Notes under the pieces: generated by a model
Database searches by the model: none
What the model saw: only the letters and a program-made list of their open reading frames with translations
Told to the model about the DNA's origin: nothing
Shown here: positions 8,975-17,687 of the stretch, piece by piece
Position numbering within the stretch: the stretch's first letter is position 1
How the letters are laid out: each line of letters starts with the position of its first letter
Position numbers and translations under genes: made by a program
IMG/VR virus record: IMGVR_UViG_3300049982_000336
Span: 1 to 55,784 of that record
DNA: 55,784 nt
Direction: 5' to 3' (one strand)
Origin: a virus
Lineage: Duplodnaviria; Caudoviricetes

Positions 8975-9837
8975 ACGAGAACTTCCGCACCGAGAACGAC
9001 TCGATCATCGAGGTCGCCCAGGAAGCCGCCCGCGCGAAGGCCGGCGCCATCGAGGTGCTGCCGGGACAGATGTACGCCTTCCCCACCGCCGACGGGTACG
9101 AGCTGCTCGACCTCGACCGCGACGAGTACACCAACCGGCTCCCCGCCCCCCTTCGCAAGACCGGCACCGTCGTAGTCGAGGACGTCGCCTCGTTCGCCGA
9201 CTACTACCGCAAGCACGGCGACGGCTCCTCCGAGGTGTACGTCAACATCGACCAGCGGCGCATCACCGCCGTCCTGGACGCCCACCAGCTGGAGGGTCCC
9301 CGCTGGGGGCAGCACCGCCTGGTGCTCGCCCTGAAGGCCACCGAAGCCTGGAACGCGTGGATCGGCAACGACCGCAAGGAGCAGTCCCAGCAGCAGTTCG
9401 CCGAGTTCATCGAAGACCGGCTGTCCGACATCCGGGAGCCGGTCGCCGCGGACATGCTGGAGATCGCGACCACATTCCAGGCCAAGAGCAAGGTGAACTT
9501 CACCAGCGCGCTGGCCCTTTCCAACGGCGAACGCAAGCTGGTGTTCGAGGAGACCACCGACGCGTCCGCCGGATCCAAGGGCAACCTTGAGGTGCCGACC
9601 CGGTTCAAAATCGCGGTCAAGGCCCTGGAGCTGCCCGTCGCCGACGGCGAGGACCCGGTCTACTACGGGATCAACGCGCGGTTCCGGTACCGCATCCAGA
9701 GCGGACAGCTCAAGGTGCTGTATCTCCTCGAGGAGCCGGCCGCCATCATGCGGGACGCCGTGCTCGCGGTGGTTGGCCAGGTGGAGACCGAGCTGGGCGT
9801 CAAGGTTCTCCGGGGCGTGCCGGCGGGTGGCCACTGA
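8971..9837 (+). CDS. DUF2303 (YfdQ-like) protein
   Basis: DVASFADY, WGQHR, SQQQFAEFIED, ARFRYR motifs. Confidence 0.85.
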   Translation: MNENFRTENDSIIEVAQEAARAKAGAIEVLPGQMYAFPTADGYELLDLDRDEYTNRLPAPLRKTGTVVVEDVASFADYYRKHGDGSSEVYVNIDQRRITAVLDAHQLEGPRWGQHRLVLALKATEAWNAWIGNDRKEQSQQQFAEFIEDRLSDIREPVAADMLEIATTFQAKSKVNFTSALALSNGERKLVFEETTDASAGSKGNLEVPTRFKIAVKALELPVADGEDPVYYGINARFRYRIQSGQLKVLYLLEEPAAIMRDAVLAVVGQVETELGVKVLRGVPAGGH

Positions 9838-10175
9838 TGGGCTGGTCTGGCGGACACGAGGTCTTCAACGGCGTCGCCCGGGTCCTCGTCGAGCACCCCA
9901 GCGCCGGGGAGGACTTGAAGCGCGCTGTCCTCGGCACGCTCATCGACCGGCTGCGTCACGAGGATTGGGACAGCGAGGACGAGAGCCTCCAGGAGTTCCG
10001 CGACGACGCCGTGATCGTCGAGCTGTTCCGCAAGCGTGGCATCACCACGACATGCGGCGACCGGACCGGCGGACCGGGCACCAGCGAGTGCGCGCGGAAA
10101 CTGCTCCACCAGGGCGACCACGTCGACGAGAAGGACAACTCCTGGTGGACGAAGGCCAAGGGCGTTCCCGCATGA
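9837..10175 (+). CDS. Hypothetical protein
   Basis: MGWSGG...LRHEDWDSEDESL, TGATG overlap. Confidence 0.7.
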   Translation: MGWSGGHEVFNGVARVLVEHPSAGEDLKRAVLGTLIDRLRHEDWDSEDESLQEFRDDAVIVELFRKRGITTTCGDRTGGPGTSECARKLLHQGDHVDEKDNSWWTKAKGVPA

Positions 10176-10384
10176 CGATCAGCACCACCGAGGCCCTCGC
10201 CGGATCCGCCGGCGGGGGCCTCCCCGTACCAGCCGAACCGCGACGCTCATCGACCATCACCATCACCGACCGCGACGGCGCCAAGGTCACCGTATCCACG
10301 TGGAACGTCTGCCACGGCGTCTCACGGTTCGTCGCCTCGCTCCTCGGCGCACCCGGCGCCAAGCATGAGGTCGGCCATGACTAG
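10172..10384 (+). CDS. Hypothetical protein
   Basis: ATGA-coupled 70 aa ORF. Confidence 0.55.
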   Translation: MTISTTEALAGSAGGGLPVPAEPRRSSTITITDRDGAKVTVSTWNVCHGVSRFVASLLGAPGAKHEVGHD

Positions 10385-10748
10385 TAAGCCCTGCCCCATA
10401 TGCAGGGCACGCGGGCGAAAGCACAGGAAATGGTGCCGGCGGCTATGCCCGACATGCTTCGACGGCGTGCTACTTCGCGCCGAACGCAGCGCCGACCCGA
10501 CGAAACCGGATTACCGCGAGTTCGACTGCGGGCACCGCGTCGATGACCCGCCGACCGACCCTCTGCTGCAGATGCGATGGATGACGGTCGCCGAGGTCGC
10601 GGACATGATGCGCGTCGTTCCCATGACCGTCTACCGCATGTGCCACTCCGGCGAGCTGCGCGCCTCCCGGTTCGGCAGCTCGTTCCGAATCGCCGAGCAA
10701 CACCTCGCCGACTACCTCCGAGAGAAGATGCCCGCCCATGACTCCTGA
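10377..10748 (+). CDS. Cys-rich N-terminus fused to an HTH_17 (excisionase/BldC-like) domain
   Basis: CPIC...CPTC, then WMTVAEVADMMRVVPMTVYRMCHSGELRASRFGSSFRI. Confidence 0.75.
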   Translation: MTSKPCPICRARGRKHRKWCRRLCPTCFDGVLLRAERSADPTKPDYREFDCGHRVDDPPTDPLLQMRWMTVAEVADMMRVVPMTVYRMCHSGELRASRFGSSFRIAEQHLADYLREKMPAHDS

Positions 10749-11055
10749 CCTTTCCATCGCCATGCGCAATCTGGCCGACAACGCTGATTCCGCCCCGTTC
10801 AACCGGGTGTTCGTGTGGCGGCAGATCCTCACCAAGCTCTACGAGCAGGGCGTCGAAGACGGCTACCGAGCCGCCATGACCGACCGGGGAACCGCAGACC
10901 TGATCGCCGACCAGGAGATCACGACCAGCAACAAGCGCCACGAGCGCGCCGCCGAGATCCTCGCCCAGGCATTGAAGGAGACGCCGAACCTGGCCAACGA
11001 CGAGGTCCTCATCGACCACCTGGCCGCTGTCGTGCTCGCCGAGGCCCAGTCATGA
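10738..11055 (+). CDS. Hypothetical protein
   Basis: High GC3 ORF within the operon. Confidence 0.65.
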   Translation: MTPDLSIAMRNLADNADSAPFNRVFVWRQILTKLYEQGVEDGYRAAMTDRGTADLIADQEITTSNKRHERAAEILAQALKETPNLANDEVLIDHLAAVVLAEAQS

Positions 11056-11444
11056 TCCGCGACTGGTGGCGGAGCCGCGTGGAGCTCCTCGGCGCGCTGG
11101 GTCGGGAGCGTGCGCGTTCCAAGAAGCTGACATCCGAGCTTGCCGAGGCGCGGGGGGATCTCGACGTGCTCGACAACAAGTACGTCGACACGCGCCGTGC
11201 GCTCCGCCTGACCGTCGAGAAGTGGAACAAGGCGCTGGTGGAACTGGCCAAAGTGCAGCCCGCCGCGTCGGCCCCGTTGACGGGCGCCTTCGTCGACGTC
11301 AACGACGTCCTCAACGAGCGTGCCCGCGCCAACGCCCTGGAGGCACGGCTCGCCGTGCTCCAGGAGGCGAACATGGCGGCCAACGCCGAGCTGGCCACCA
11401 TACGTAGGGAGCTCGACCTGAAGGGGTTCACCGTCGATGTCTAA
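11052..11444 (+). CDS. Hypothetical coiled-coil protein
   Basis: MIRDWWRSR..., ATGA overlap. Confidence 0.65.
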   Translation: MIRDWWRSRVELLGALGRERARSKKLTSELAEARGDLDVLDNKYVDTRRALRLTVEKWNKALVELAKVQPAASAPLTGAFVDVNDVLNERARANALEARLAVLQEANMAANAELATIRRELDLKGFTVDV

Positions 11445-11667
11445 CCTGGCCGGCGGCTGCATCATGTGCACCGCCGGGCCCGGCGGGAACTGCGACCAGG
11501 CCTGCCCGAACCGGACCGCCCGGCCCCGGCCCGCCGCGCTCGAACACGCCCCCCACCTGCCGAAGGGCGCGGCCGCAGGGGAGCGGTGCGAGTTGACCGA
11601 TCTGCTCGTCGACCAGTGCCACCACTGCCGGTACGCGCCCCGGCCGGCGCCGGACTCCGGTGAGTGA
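11437..11667 (+). CDS. Small Cys-rich protein
   Basis: CIMC...CDQAC and ERCELTDLLVDQCHHC. Confidence 0.65.
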   Translation: MSNLAGGCIMCTAGPGGNCDQACPNRTARPRPAALEHAPHLPKGAAAGERCELTDLLVDQCHHCRYAPRPAPDSGE

Positions 11668-11739
11668 CGTGGGGTCACGTCGCAGTTCACGCGGGGTTTG
11701 ACGGACACCGTCAACGCTTGAAGATCACCCGGGTTTGGA

Positions 11740-11808
11740 CCATGAGGCGTCTTGCGGCATGTTGTTGCATATTGTAGCGTGAGCGCACGAGATGCGGCAA
11801 CACGCCGC
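11740..11808 (+). promoter_or_regulatory. Second early promoter with operator inverted repeat (copy 2)
   Basis: TTGCGG(11752-11757)-N17-TAGCGT(11775-11780); CGGCATGTTGTTGCATAT...AGATGCGGCAACACGCCG. Confidence 0.7.
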
Positions 11809-11836
11809 ACTCCTACCTCAGAGATAGGCCCCCGCA

Positions 11837-13579
11837 TTGATCCCCATTCCCCCGCCCGCGGACGGACCGGTCACGGTTCGTCGCGGCGAGCCCGAACAGG
11901 GCTACCGCATCCCCCCGCCGCCGGTCGACGTCGACGCCGAGCTCGGCGACTTCACGCTGACCGCCGCCCAGCTCGACGGCACCGCGTGCGTGGCCTGCGG
12001 GTGCACCGACACACCCATGCGCCCCGTGACCACGCTGGGAGGCGTGCAGCTCGTCGCCTGCATCACGCACCCGGCCGCGCACGCCCTCATCCGCGTGCAC
12101 CACGTGCAGGGAGGTGTGGCGTCCGCGGCGCACGGCGTGCACGCCACGTGGCAGGCCGCCCGCACCACCGCTGAGGTCCTCGCCGGACGCGAGTACGAGG
12201 CGACCACCCTCTTCACGTGGGGCTTTGTCCCCGGCGGGCCGGATCATCTGGTCGCGCACCCGCCGTTCGGTGAGCGGGACGAGACCGGCTACCAGGTGCA
12301 CCCGTGGGCTGCCCTAGCCACCCCCAAGCCCGCTGACGGGCCCGTGACGGTCCGCCAGGGTGAGCATAAGCCCGGGTTCCACATCCCCCCGCCGCCGGTC
12401 TCCTTCCAGGAGCCCGAGCTGCACATGGACCACAGCGACACCAGTGACCTCCTCACCCCCGACGAGCCGCAGGACGGGCACATGGGTAACGACCCCATGG
12501 GCGCACCCACCACGCACAAGGGCAGCAAGGACAACTGTCCTGCTCCCGATTGCGGCCCCGAGACGGCGGACCGGCCGAAGGGCGGGCTGATGACTCAGGA
12601 GTCGCTCGACGCCATCCGTCGGATGTACGCCGGGCCGACCATCGGGCGGCGGACGGTGTACGAGCTGCTCGACGAGATCGAGCGGCTCCACATCGAGCGA
12701 GTGTCCGCGCCCGTGGACTGGTCGCAGTGGTTCCCCGCCGAGCCCGATGCCGTGTTCGAGACGAACATCCAGACGGCCGTCAACGCTGCCGTGGCGGCCG
12801 AGAGGGTCCGCGTCGAGCAGCTGGTCCACCACCGCGCCGCGACCGTGAAGTACGGCACCAACTGGGACCAGGCGCACGGCTACGTGCAGGGCCTCGCCGA
12901 CGCGGTCGGCCTCATGTACCACCACCAGCACGCCCTCGACTCTCTGCTCGCCGACGCCGGGATTCCCCCCGACCAGCCTGCGCCGTCCGCCGAGCCTGAC
13001 CCGTGGGCGTGCGACGCGTGCGGCGCCGCGTTCGGCCCGACCCGCCTGCCCGTCGCCCGCCTCGGCCACAACGGCGCCCGGCACCTGCTCGCCTGCATGG
13101 ACTGCACGCCCGAGCAGCAGTCCGAGCCCGCCGTGGTCGTCGCAGAGGTCGAGTACCACTGGATGCTTTGCTACATCGTTCCCCGCGCCGACAGGGGTGC
13201 CGACTACCGCCAGAAGAGCGGCGTCATCACCCTGACCAACGGGACCCGCGCCCAGGCCTTCGGGGAGCTCGGCGCGCGTGTGGCCGTGGAGGACGGCATC
13301 ACCGCGGCGGACTTCGCGGTCACGTTCTTCTCCCTGGAGCCCAACGCCCTCGCGCCCGACGTCGAGCGCGTCCTGGCGGCCGAGCCCGCGCCGTTCATCC
13401 CGCGCCGCGGCGACGACGTCGAGGCGTGGCTGGAGGCGTGGTTCGACAGGTACGAGACCGCGAGCTTCACCTACGTCATCGGCCGCCTCCTCGGCGACCA
13501 CCACGCGCACGCCGACGCCGGGATCCCGCTAGACCAGCCGCTGCCGCCCACTGGCACCGACCCGGCCGAGGACGTGTGA
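11837..13579 (+). CDS. Mosaic hypothetical protein with internal repeats and two Cys clusters
   Basis: 580 aa, high GC3, stop overlaps the helicase ATG. TTG start uncertain. Confidence 0.7.
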   Translation: MIPIPPPADGPVTVRRGEPEQGYRIPPPPVDVDAELGDFTLTAAQLDGTACVACGCTDTPMRPVTTLGGVQLVACITHPAAHALIRVHHVQGGVASAAHGVHATWQAARTTAEVLAGREYEATTLFTWGFVPGGPDHLVAHPPFGERDETGYQVHPWAALATPKPADGPVTVRQGEHKPGFHIPPPPVSFQEPELHMDHSDTSDLLTPDEPQDGHMGNDPMGAPTTHKGSKDNCPAPDCGPETADRPKGGLMTQESLDAIRRMYAGPTIGRRTVYELLDEIERLHIERVSAPVDWSQWFPAEPDAVFETNIQTAVNAAVAAERVRVEQLVHHRAATVKYGTNWDQAHGYVQGLADAVGLMYHHQHALDSLLADAGIPPDQPAPSAEPDPWACDACGAAFGPTRLPVARLGHNGARHLLACMDCTPEQQSEPAVVVAEVEYHWMLCYIVPRADRGADYRQKSGVITLTNGTRAQAFGELGARVAVEDGITAADFAVTFFSLEPNALAPDVERVLAAEPAPFIPRRGDDVEAWLEAWFDRYETASFTYVIGRLLGDHHAHADAGIPLDQPLPPTGTDPAEDV

Positions 13580-15513
13580 TGTTCACTCAGCCCGCCCCCG
13601 CCGTCGACCTCGACGGGCCCGCGCACGCCGGGCCCGTCCCCGTCCCCCCCATCCACCACGTGGCACCGGCCGCCCCCGCGGCCCCGGTGTTCGCCCAGAC
13701 CCCCACCGGCCAGCAGACCGTCATCCTGGACGCCGCCCGCACCGGCGCCGGACTCGTCATCGAAGCCGGCGCCGGAACCGGCAAGACCACCACCCTGAAG
13801 ATGGCCGCGCAGGTCACCCGCGGACGATGCCTCTACGTGGCCTACAACAAGGCCATCGCGGACGACGCCCGCGGCTCGTTCCCCTCCGGGACGCACTGCT
13901 CCACCGCGCACAGCTTGGCGTTCCAGTCGGTCGGCCGCCGGTTCTCCCACCGGCTCAACAGCCCCCGCCTGCCCTCCCGCGAGGTCGCCCGGAAGCTCCG
14001 CATCCCCGCGGTGGTCGACCTCGGCGCCAACGCGTTGACCAACGTGAAGGTCGCCCGCGTCGTCATGGACACCGTGGCCCGGTTCTGCCACAGCTCCGAC
14101 GTCGACATCTACACCACGCACGTCCCCGACCTTCCCGGGCTCACCCCCGAGTCGGCCACCGCGCTGCGCATGGAAGTCGTGCCGCTCGCCCGCCACGCCT
14201 GGCAGGACCTCACCGACCCCGACGGCGCGCTGCGCTTCACCCACGACGTCTACCTGAAGATGTGGGCCCTCGGACACCCCGTCCTCCCGTACGGCACCGT
14301 GTTCCTCGACGAAGCCCAGGACGCCAACCCGGTTATCGCCGACGTGGTGATGCGGCAGGAAGTCCAGCGGATCCTCGTGGGCGACCGCAGCCAAGCCATC
14401 TACGGGTGGCGCGGCGCCGTCGACGCCATGGACGACTTCCTCGCCACCGGAGCGCAGCGGTTCGCGCTCACCCGGTCGTGGAGGTTCGGGCAGGCCATCG
14501 CCGACGAGGCGAACACCTGGCTGGACCTTCTCGACGCTCCGCTCCGGTTGACCGGCAACCCTGACCGGGCCTCAACCCTCGAGGGTCTGGAACACGCCGA
14601 CGCGATCCTGTGCCGCACCAACGCGGGCGCCATCGCTCACGTCATCACCGCCCTCGACGCAGGGAAGACCGCGGCCATGGTCGGCGGCGGCAAAGAGATC
14701 CGCATGCTCGCCGAAGCGTGCCGGGACCTACGCGCAGGCCGGGGCACCTCACACCCGGAACTGATGGCTTTCAACACCTGGTCAGAAGTCCTGGAGTACG
14801 TCGAGCACGACGCCGGCGGATCCGATCTGAAGGTCTTCGTCAAGCTGATCGAGTCACGCGGACCCATCGAAATCATCCGCGTCGTCGACCAGCTGTCCGC
14901 CGAGCCCGACGCCCAGGTGGTCGTCTCCACGGCGCACAAGGCCAAGGGCCGCGAGTGGCCCACCGTGCGCCTGGCCGACGACTTCGGGGTGTACGTCGAC
15001 GAGGCCGGGGCCATCATCCCGGCCGAGGTGATGCTGCGCTACGTCGCCGGAACCCGAGCCCAGAACACCCTCGACACCGGCCAGCCCCAGCCGGGCGGCC
15101 TGTTCGACGCCCCGGACGAGGTTGTCCACAGAACGCCGCTCGACCAGGCGCACGCTCCGGAGATCCCCGCAGACTCGGCGCCCGTGGACAGCGAACAGGG
15201 CACCCCGGGCAGGGCTGTGGAGCTGCCCGCGGAGCTCGTTGGCTGGTTGACCTTCCGCAAGGACGCCAAGGCCAACAAGGAGCAGTGGGCGAAGCTCCAG
15301 ACCCAGGCCGAAGAGAAGATCCAGGACTGGCTCGGCAAGCACGAGCAGGCCACCGTGGACGGCGTCCCCGCCGTGTCATGGAAGACGTCGCTGCCCGGCA
15401 CGCAGCTCGACGGCGCCGCGCTGAAGCGGGACTACCCGGATCTTTACGAGCAGTACGCCAAGCCGAAGAAGGCCGCGCGCCCGTTCAAGCTTCTCGGGCC
15501 GTGGGCCGAATGA
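13579..15513 (+). CDS. UvrD/SF1-like helicase with an extra C-terminal domain
   Basis: AGAGTGKTT, DEAQD, VGDRSQAIYGWRGA, LTRSWRF, LCRTNA, STAHKAKGREW, YVAGTRA. True start at the TGATG overlap. Confidence 0.92.
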   Translation: MFTQPAPAVDLDGPAHAGPVPVPPIHHVAPAAPAAPVFAQTPTGQQTVILDAARTGAGLVIEAGAGTGKTTTLKMAAQVTRGRCLYVAYNKAIADDARGSFPSGTHCSTAHSLAFQSVGRRFSHRLNSPRLPSREVARKLRIPAVVDLGANALTNVKVARVVMDTVARFCHSSDVDIYTTHVPDLPGLTPESATALRMEVVPLARHAWQDLTDPDGALRFTHDVYLKMWALGHPVLPYGTVFLDEAQDANPVIADVVMRQEVQRILVGDRSQAIYGWRGAVDAMDDFLATGAQRFALTRSWRFGQAIADEANTWLDLLDAPLRLTGNPDRASTLEGLEHADAILCRTNAGAIAHVITALDAGKTAAMVGGGKEIRMLAEACRDLRAGRGTSHPELMAFNTWSEVLEYVEHDAGGSDLKVFVKLIESRGPIEIIRVVDQLSAEPDAQVVVSTAHKAKGREWPTVRLADDFGVYVDEAGAIIPAEVMLRYVAGTRAQNTLDTGQPQPGGLFDAPDEVVHRTPLDQAHAPEIPADSAPVDSEQGTPGRAVELPAELVGWLTFRKDAKANKEQWAKLQTQAEEKIQDWLGKHEQATVDGVPAVSWKTSLPGTQLDGAALKRDYPDLYEQYAKPKKAARPFKLLGPWAE

Positions 15514-15719
15514 CGGTGCGAATCGGTTACCGGGGGGACTGGGGGCCGACATGGCTCCGGCGGTGCGTGATCAAGCTGGAGTTCGCCTGGGAGCACATCG
15601 GGTGGGGCTTCTACAAGGACCGCCGCTTCCCGATGATCCGAATCTTCCCTGTCCCCTTTATGAAGATCACGCTCGGGCTGATCAACGGGCCGTCCGTGGA
15701 TAAGAGGCGCGAGCCGTGA
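15510..15719 (+). CDS. Hypothetical protein (69 aa)
   Basis: ATGA and GTGA overlaps with both neighbours. Confidence 0.55.
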   Translation: MTVRIGYRGDWGPTWLRRCVIKLEFAWEHIGWGFYKDRRFPMIRIFPVPFMKITLGLINGPSVDKRREP

Positions 15720-16495
15720 CGACCATGTTCACCCAGCCGGCCACCGGGTGGTCCACGGGCCCTCCCATGACCGGGCTGGCCGCCGCGATCGCCACCTCCG
15801 TTGTCTCGACGGTGAAGAGCGCGGCGGCTAACGCCCCCCGCTCCCTTCAGAAGGTGATCGGGCCATCCGGGATCGGTGTCCCCTGCGTGCGCAGGCTCAC
15901 CTACGAGCTCCTCGACTGGCCCGCCGCCAATGTCGACGGCGACCCGTGGGCCTCCACCGTGGGCACCGCCGTGCACGCGTGGATGGCCGACACCTACGAG
16001 ACCGAGAACCGGCGACTCGGCTGGGAGCGGTACAAGGTCGAGTCACGGCTGTGGATCGACGGCAACATCTGGGGGAACGCCGACCTGTTCGACCGTGACC
16101 TGCACGTCAACAACGACTGGAAAGTCGTCGGCGACGAGCCCCTCAAGAAATACCGGGCCAACGGCCCCGGCGACCAATACCGCATCCAGGCCCACCTGTA
16201 CGGCCTCGGCCAGGAGAACGCGGGCGAGACCGTCACCGACGTCGCCATCACGTTCCTGCCCCGGACCGGGCGTATCGATGGCCTGCACGTGTGGACCGAA
16301 CCGTACGACCGCAGCGTTGCCCTCGGCGCCCTGGAGCGCCTCCAAAACGTCATCACCGCTCTCGACGCACTCGACCCGGCCAACACCCCGCAGAACTGGG
16401 CGATGTTCCCCGCCACGGAGAGCTACTGCACGTTCTGCCCCTTCTTCTTGCCCGGATCCACGGATCTCAGCAAGGGATGCCCCGGCGCCTCCTGA
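15716..16495 (+). CDS. PD-(D/E)XK exonuclease, Cas4/RecB-like, with probable Fe-S cysteines
   Basis: IGPSGIG.PC.R, GTAVH, GNADL...DWK, QAHLYG, CTFCPF...C. Confidence 0.85.
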   Translation: MTTMFTQPATGWSTGPPMTGLAAAIATSVVSTVKSAAANAPRSLQKVIGPSGIGVPCVRRLTYELLDWPAANVDGDPWASTVGTAVHAWMADTYETENRRLGWERYKVESRLWIDGNIWGNADLFDRDLHVNNDWKVVGDEPLKKYRANGPGDQYRIQAHLYGLGQENAGETVTDVAITFLPRTGRIDGLHVWTEPYDRSVALGALERLQNVITALDALDPANTPQNWAMFPATESYCTFCPFFLPGSTDLSKGCPGAS

Positions 16496-16543
16496 GGTGC
16501 CAGGGCCCCCGTCACATCCGATCAAACAAAAGGATCACAAATC

Positions 16544-17293
16544 ATGTTCAGCCAGCCCACCGCCGGATCCGACTTCAAGGCCAAGGACCACATCGGCCAC
16601 CTCCTCCTCATGTACCCCCGCGAGATCCGTCAGGGGATCGTCACCAAGTACGGCCCCTCCGATGCCCTGTCCCTGGACCTCGTGGTCCTCACCGACCAGG
16701 CTGGGCCCCGGTTGGAGACTCAGGTCCTGTTCTTCCAGAAGGGCCTGATGAACTCCCTTAAGGGCAACATCGGCGGAGACGCCGTGCTGGCCCGCCTCGG
16801 CCAGGGAACCGCCACCCCCGGCCAGGACCCGCCTTACATCCTGATCCCCTTCACTGAGCAGGAGGGGGCGTTCGCAACCCAGTACCTGCAGAGCGTCGGC
16901 GGCAACCCGTTCCAGAGCGCGACCAACTTCCAGGCCCCCGCTCCGGCGCCGGTCCCCGCGGTTCCCGCGGCTCCGCTGCCCACCGCCGCCCCCGCCGCGG
17001 CCTACCCGGCCGCCTACCCCCCGGCATACCCGGCCACCCCTCAGGCGCCGTTTCCGGCTGCCCCGGGAGGCGGTGTGGGTGTGCCTGCGGCGGCCGCGCC
17101 GGTAGCGCAGCAGTACCCGGCCCCGCAGCCCCCCCAGGTGCCGCAGCAGCAGTACGCGCCCGCCCCGGTCCCGGCGGCCGCGCCGCAGCACCTGGTGCAG
17201 CTGCCCAACGGCCAGATGGGCACCCCCGAGCAGGCCGCCGCCATCCAGGCGCTCGGCATGAACGGCATGCCGCCGGCCGCCCCCGCCCAGTAG
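16544..17293 (+). CDS. Putative single-stranded DNA-binding protein with a Pro/Ala/Gln tail
   Basis: Compact N-domain of about 120 aa plus low-complexity tail, located between nuclease and primase. Function inferred. Confidence 0.6.
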   Translation: MFSQPTAGSDFKAKDHIGHLLLMYPREIRQGIVTKYGPSDALSLDLVVLTDQAGPRLETQVLFFQKGLMNSLKGNIGGDAVLARLGQGTATPGQDPPYILIPFTEQEGAFATQYLQSVGGNPFQSATNFQAPAPAPVPAVPAAPLPTAAPAAAYPAAYPPAYPATPQAPFPAAPGGGVGVPAAAAPVAQQYPAPQPPQVPQQQYAPAPVPAAAPQHLVQLPNGQMGTPEQAAAIQALGMNGMPPAAPAQ

Positions 17294-17356
17294 CCCAACC
17301 CCCGGGGCGGACCGGAACCGCGGTCCGCCCCACATCCCCCGGAAAGGCAACAGCAC

Positions 17357-17515
17357 ATGTCCGACCTGAACAACTTCCGCGACGAGCTCATCCCGGTCAT
17401 CGGGCAGATGGACGGCGTCGTGGCCGCCAGCGCCATCCAGACCGACAAGGCCGCCGTCATCGGAGTCGAGCTCGACGACGGCAACACGGTGTTCGTCGAG
17501 ATCCAGCCCGCCTGA
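17357..17515 (+). CDS. Small acidic protein (52 aa, not in ORF track)
   Basis: GAAAGG RBS; MSDLNNFRDELIPVIGQMDG...VFVEIQPA; very high GC3. Confidence 0.7.
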   Translation: MSDLNNFRDELIPVIGQMDGVVAASAIQTDKAAVIGVELDDGNTVFVEIQPA

Positions 17516-17687
17516 CCTGAGCCTCGGCCCGCCCCAGCTCCAAGCACCGGCAGGCCGAGGCCCACACCGTCCCTGGCGCCGAAGGGAAGCGGCGACCAGG
17601 GGCACCTCGCGGGCGGACCGAAGCCACCGGTCCGCCCGCGAAAGCCGTTCTACGCCCACCAGAACCACGAACGCGGGGACGAACACC

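Noticed and set aside
13003-13578. N-terminal 192 aa extension of the helicase given in the ORF track
   Set aside because: Overlaps the upstream gene and is Arg/Pro-rich junk. The TGATG junction at 13577-13581 marks the likely start.
15122-15130. TTGTCCACA DnaA box within the helicase gene
   Set aside because: Isolated, inside coding sequence and with no promoter context; likely chance.
15716-16495. Cas4-like nuclease as evidence of a CRISPR system
   Set aside because: No cas1/cas2 and no repeat-spacer array were seen. Solo Cas4/RecB-like nucleases are common in phage recombination modules.
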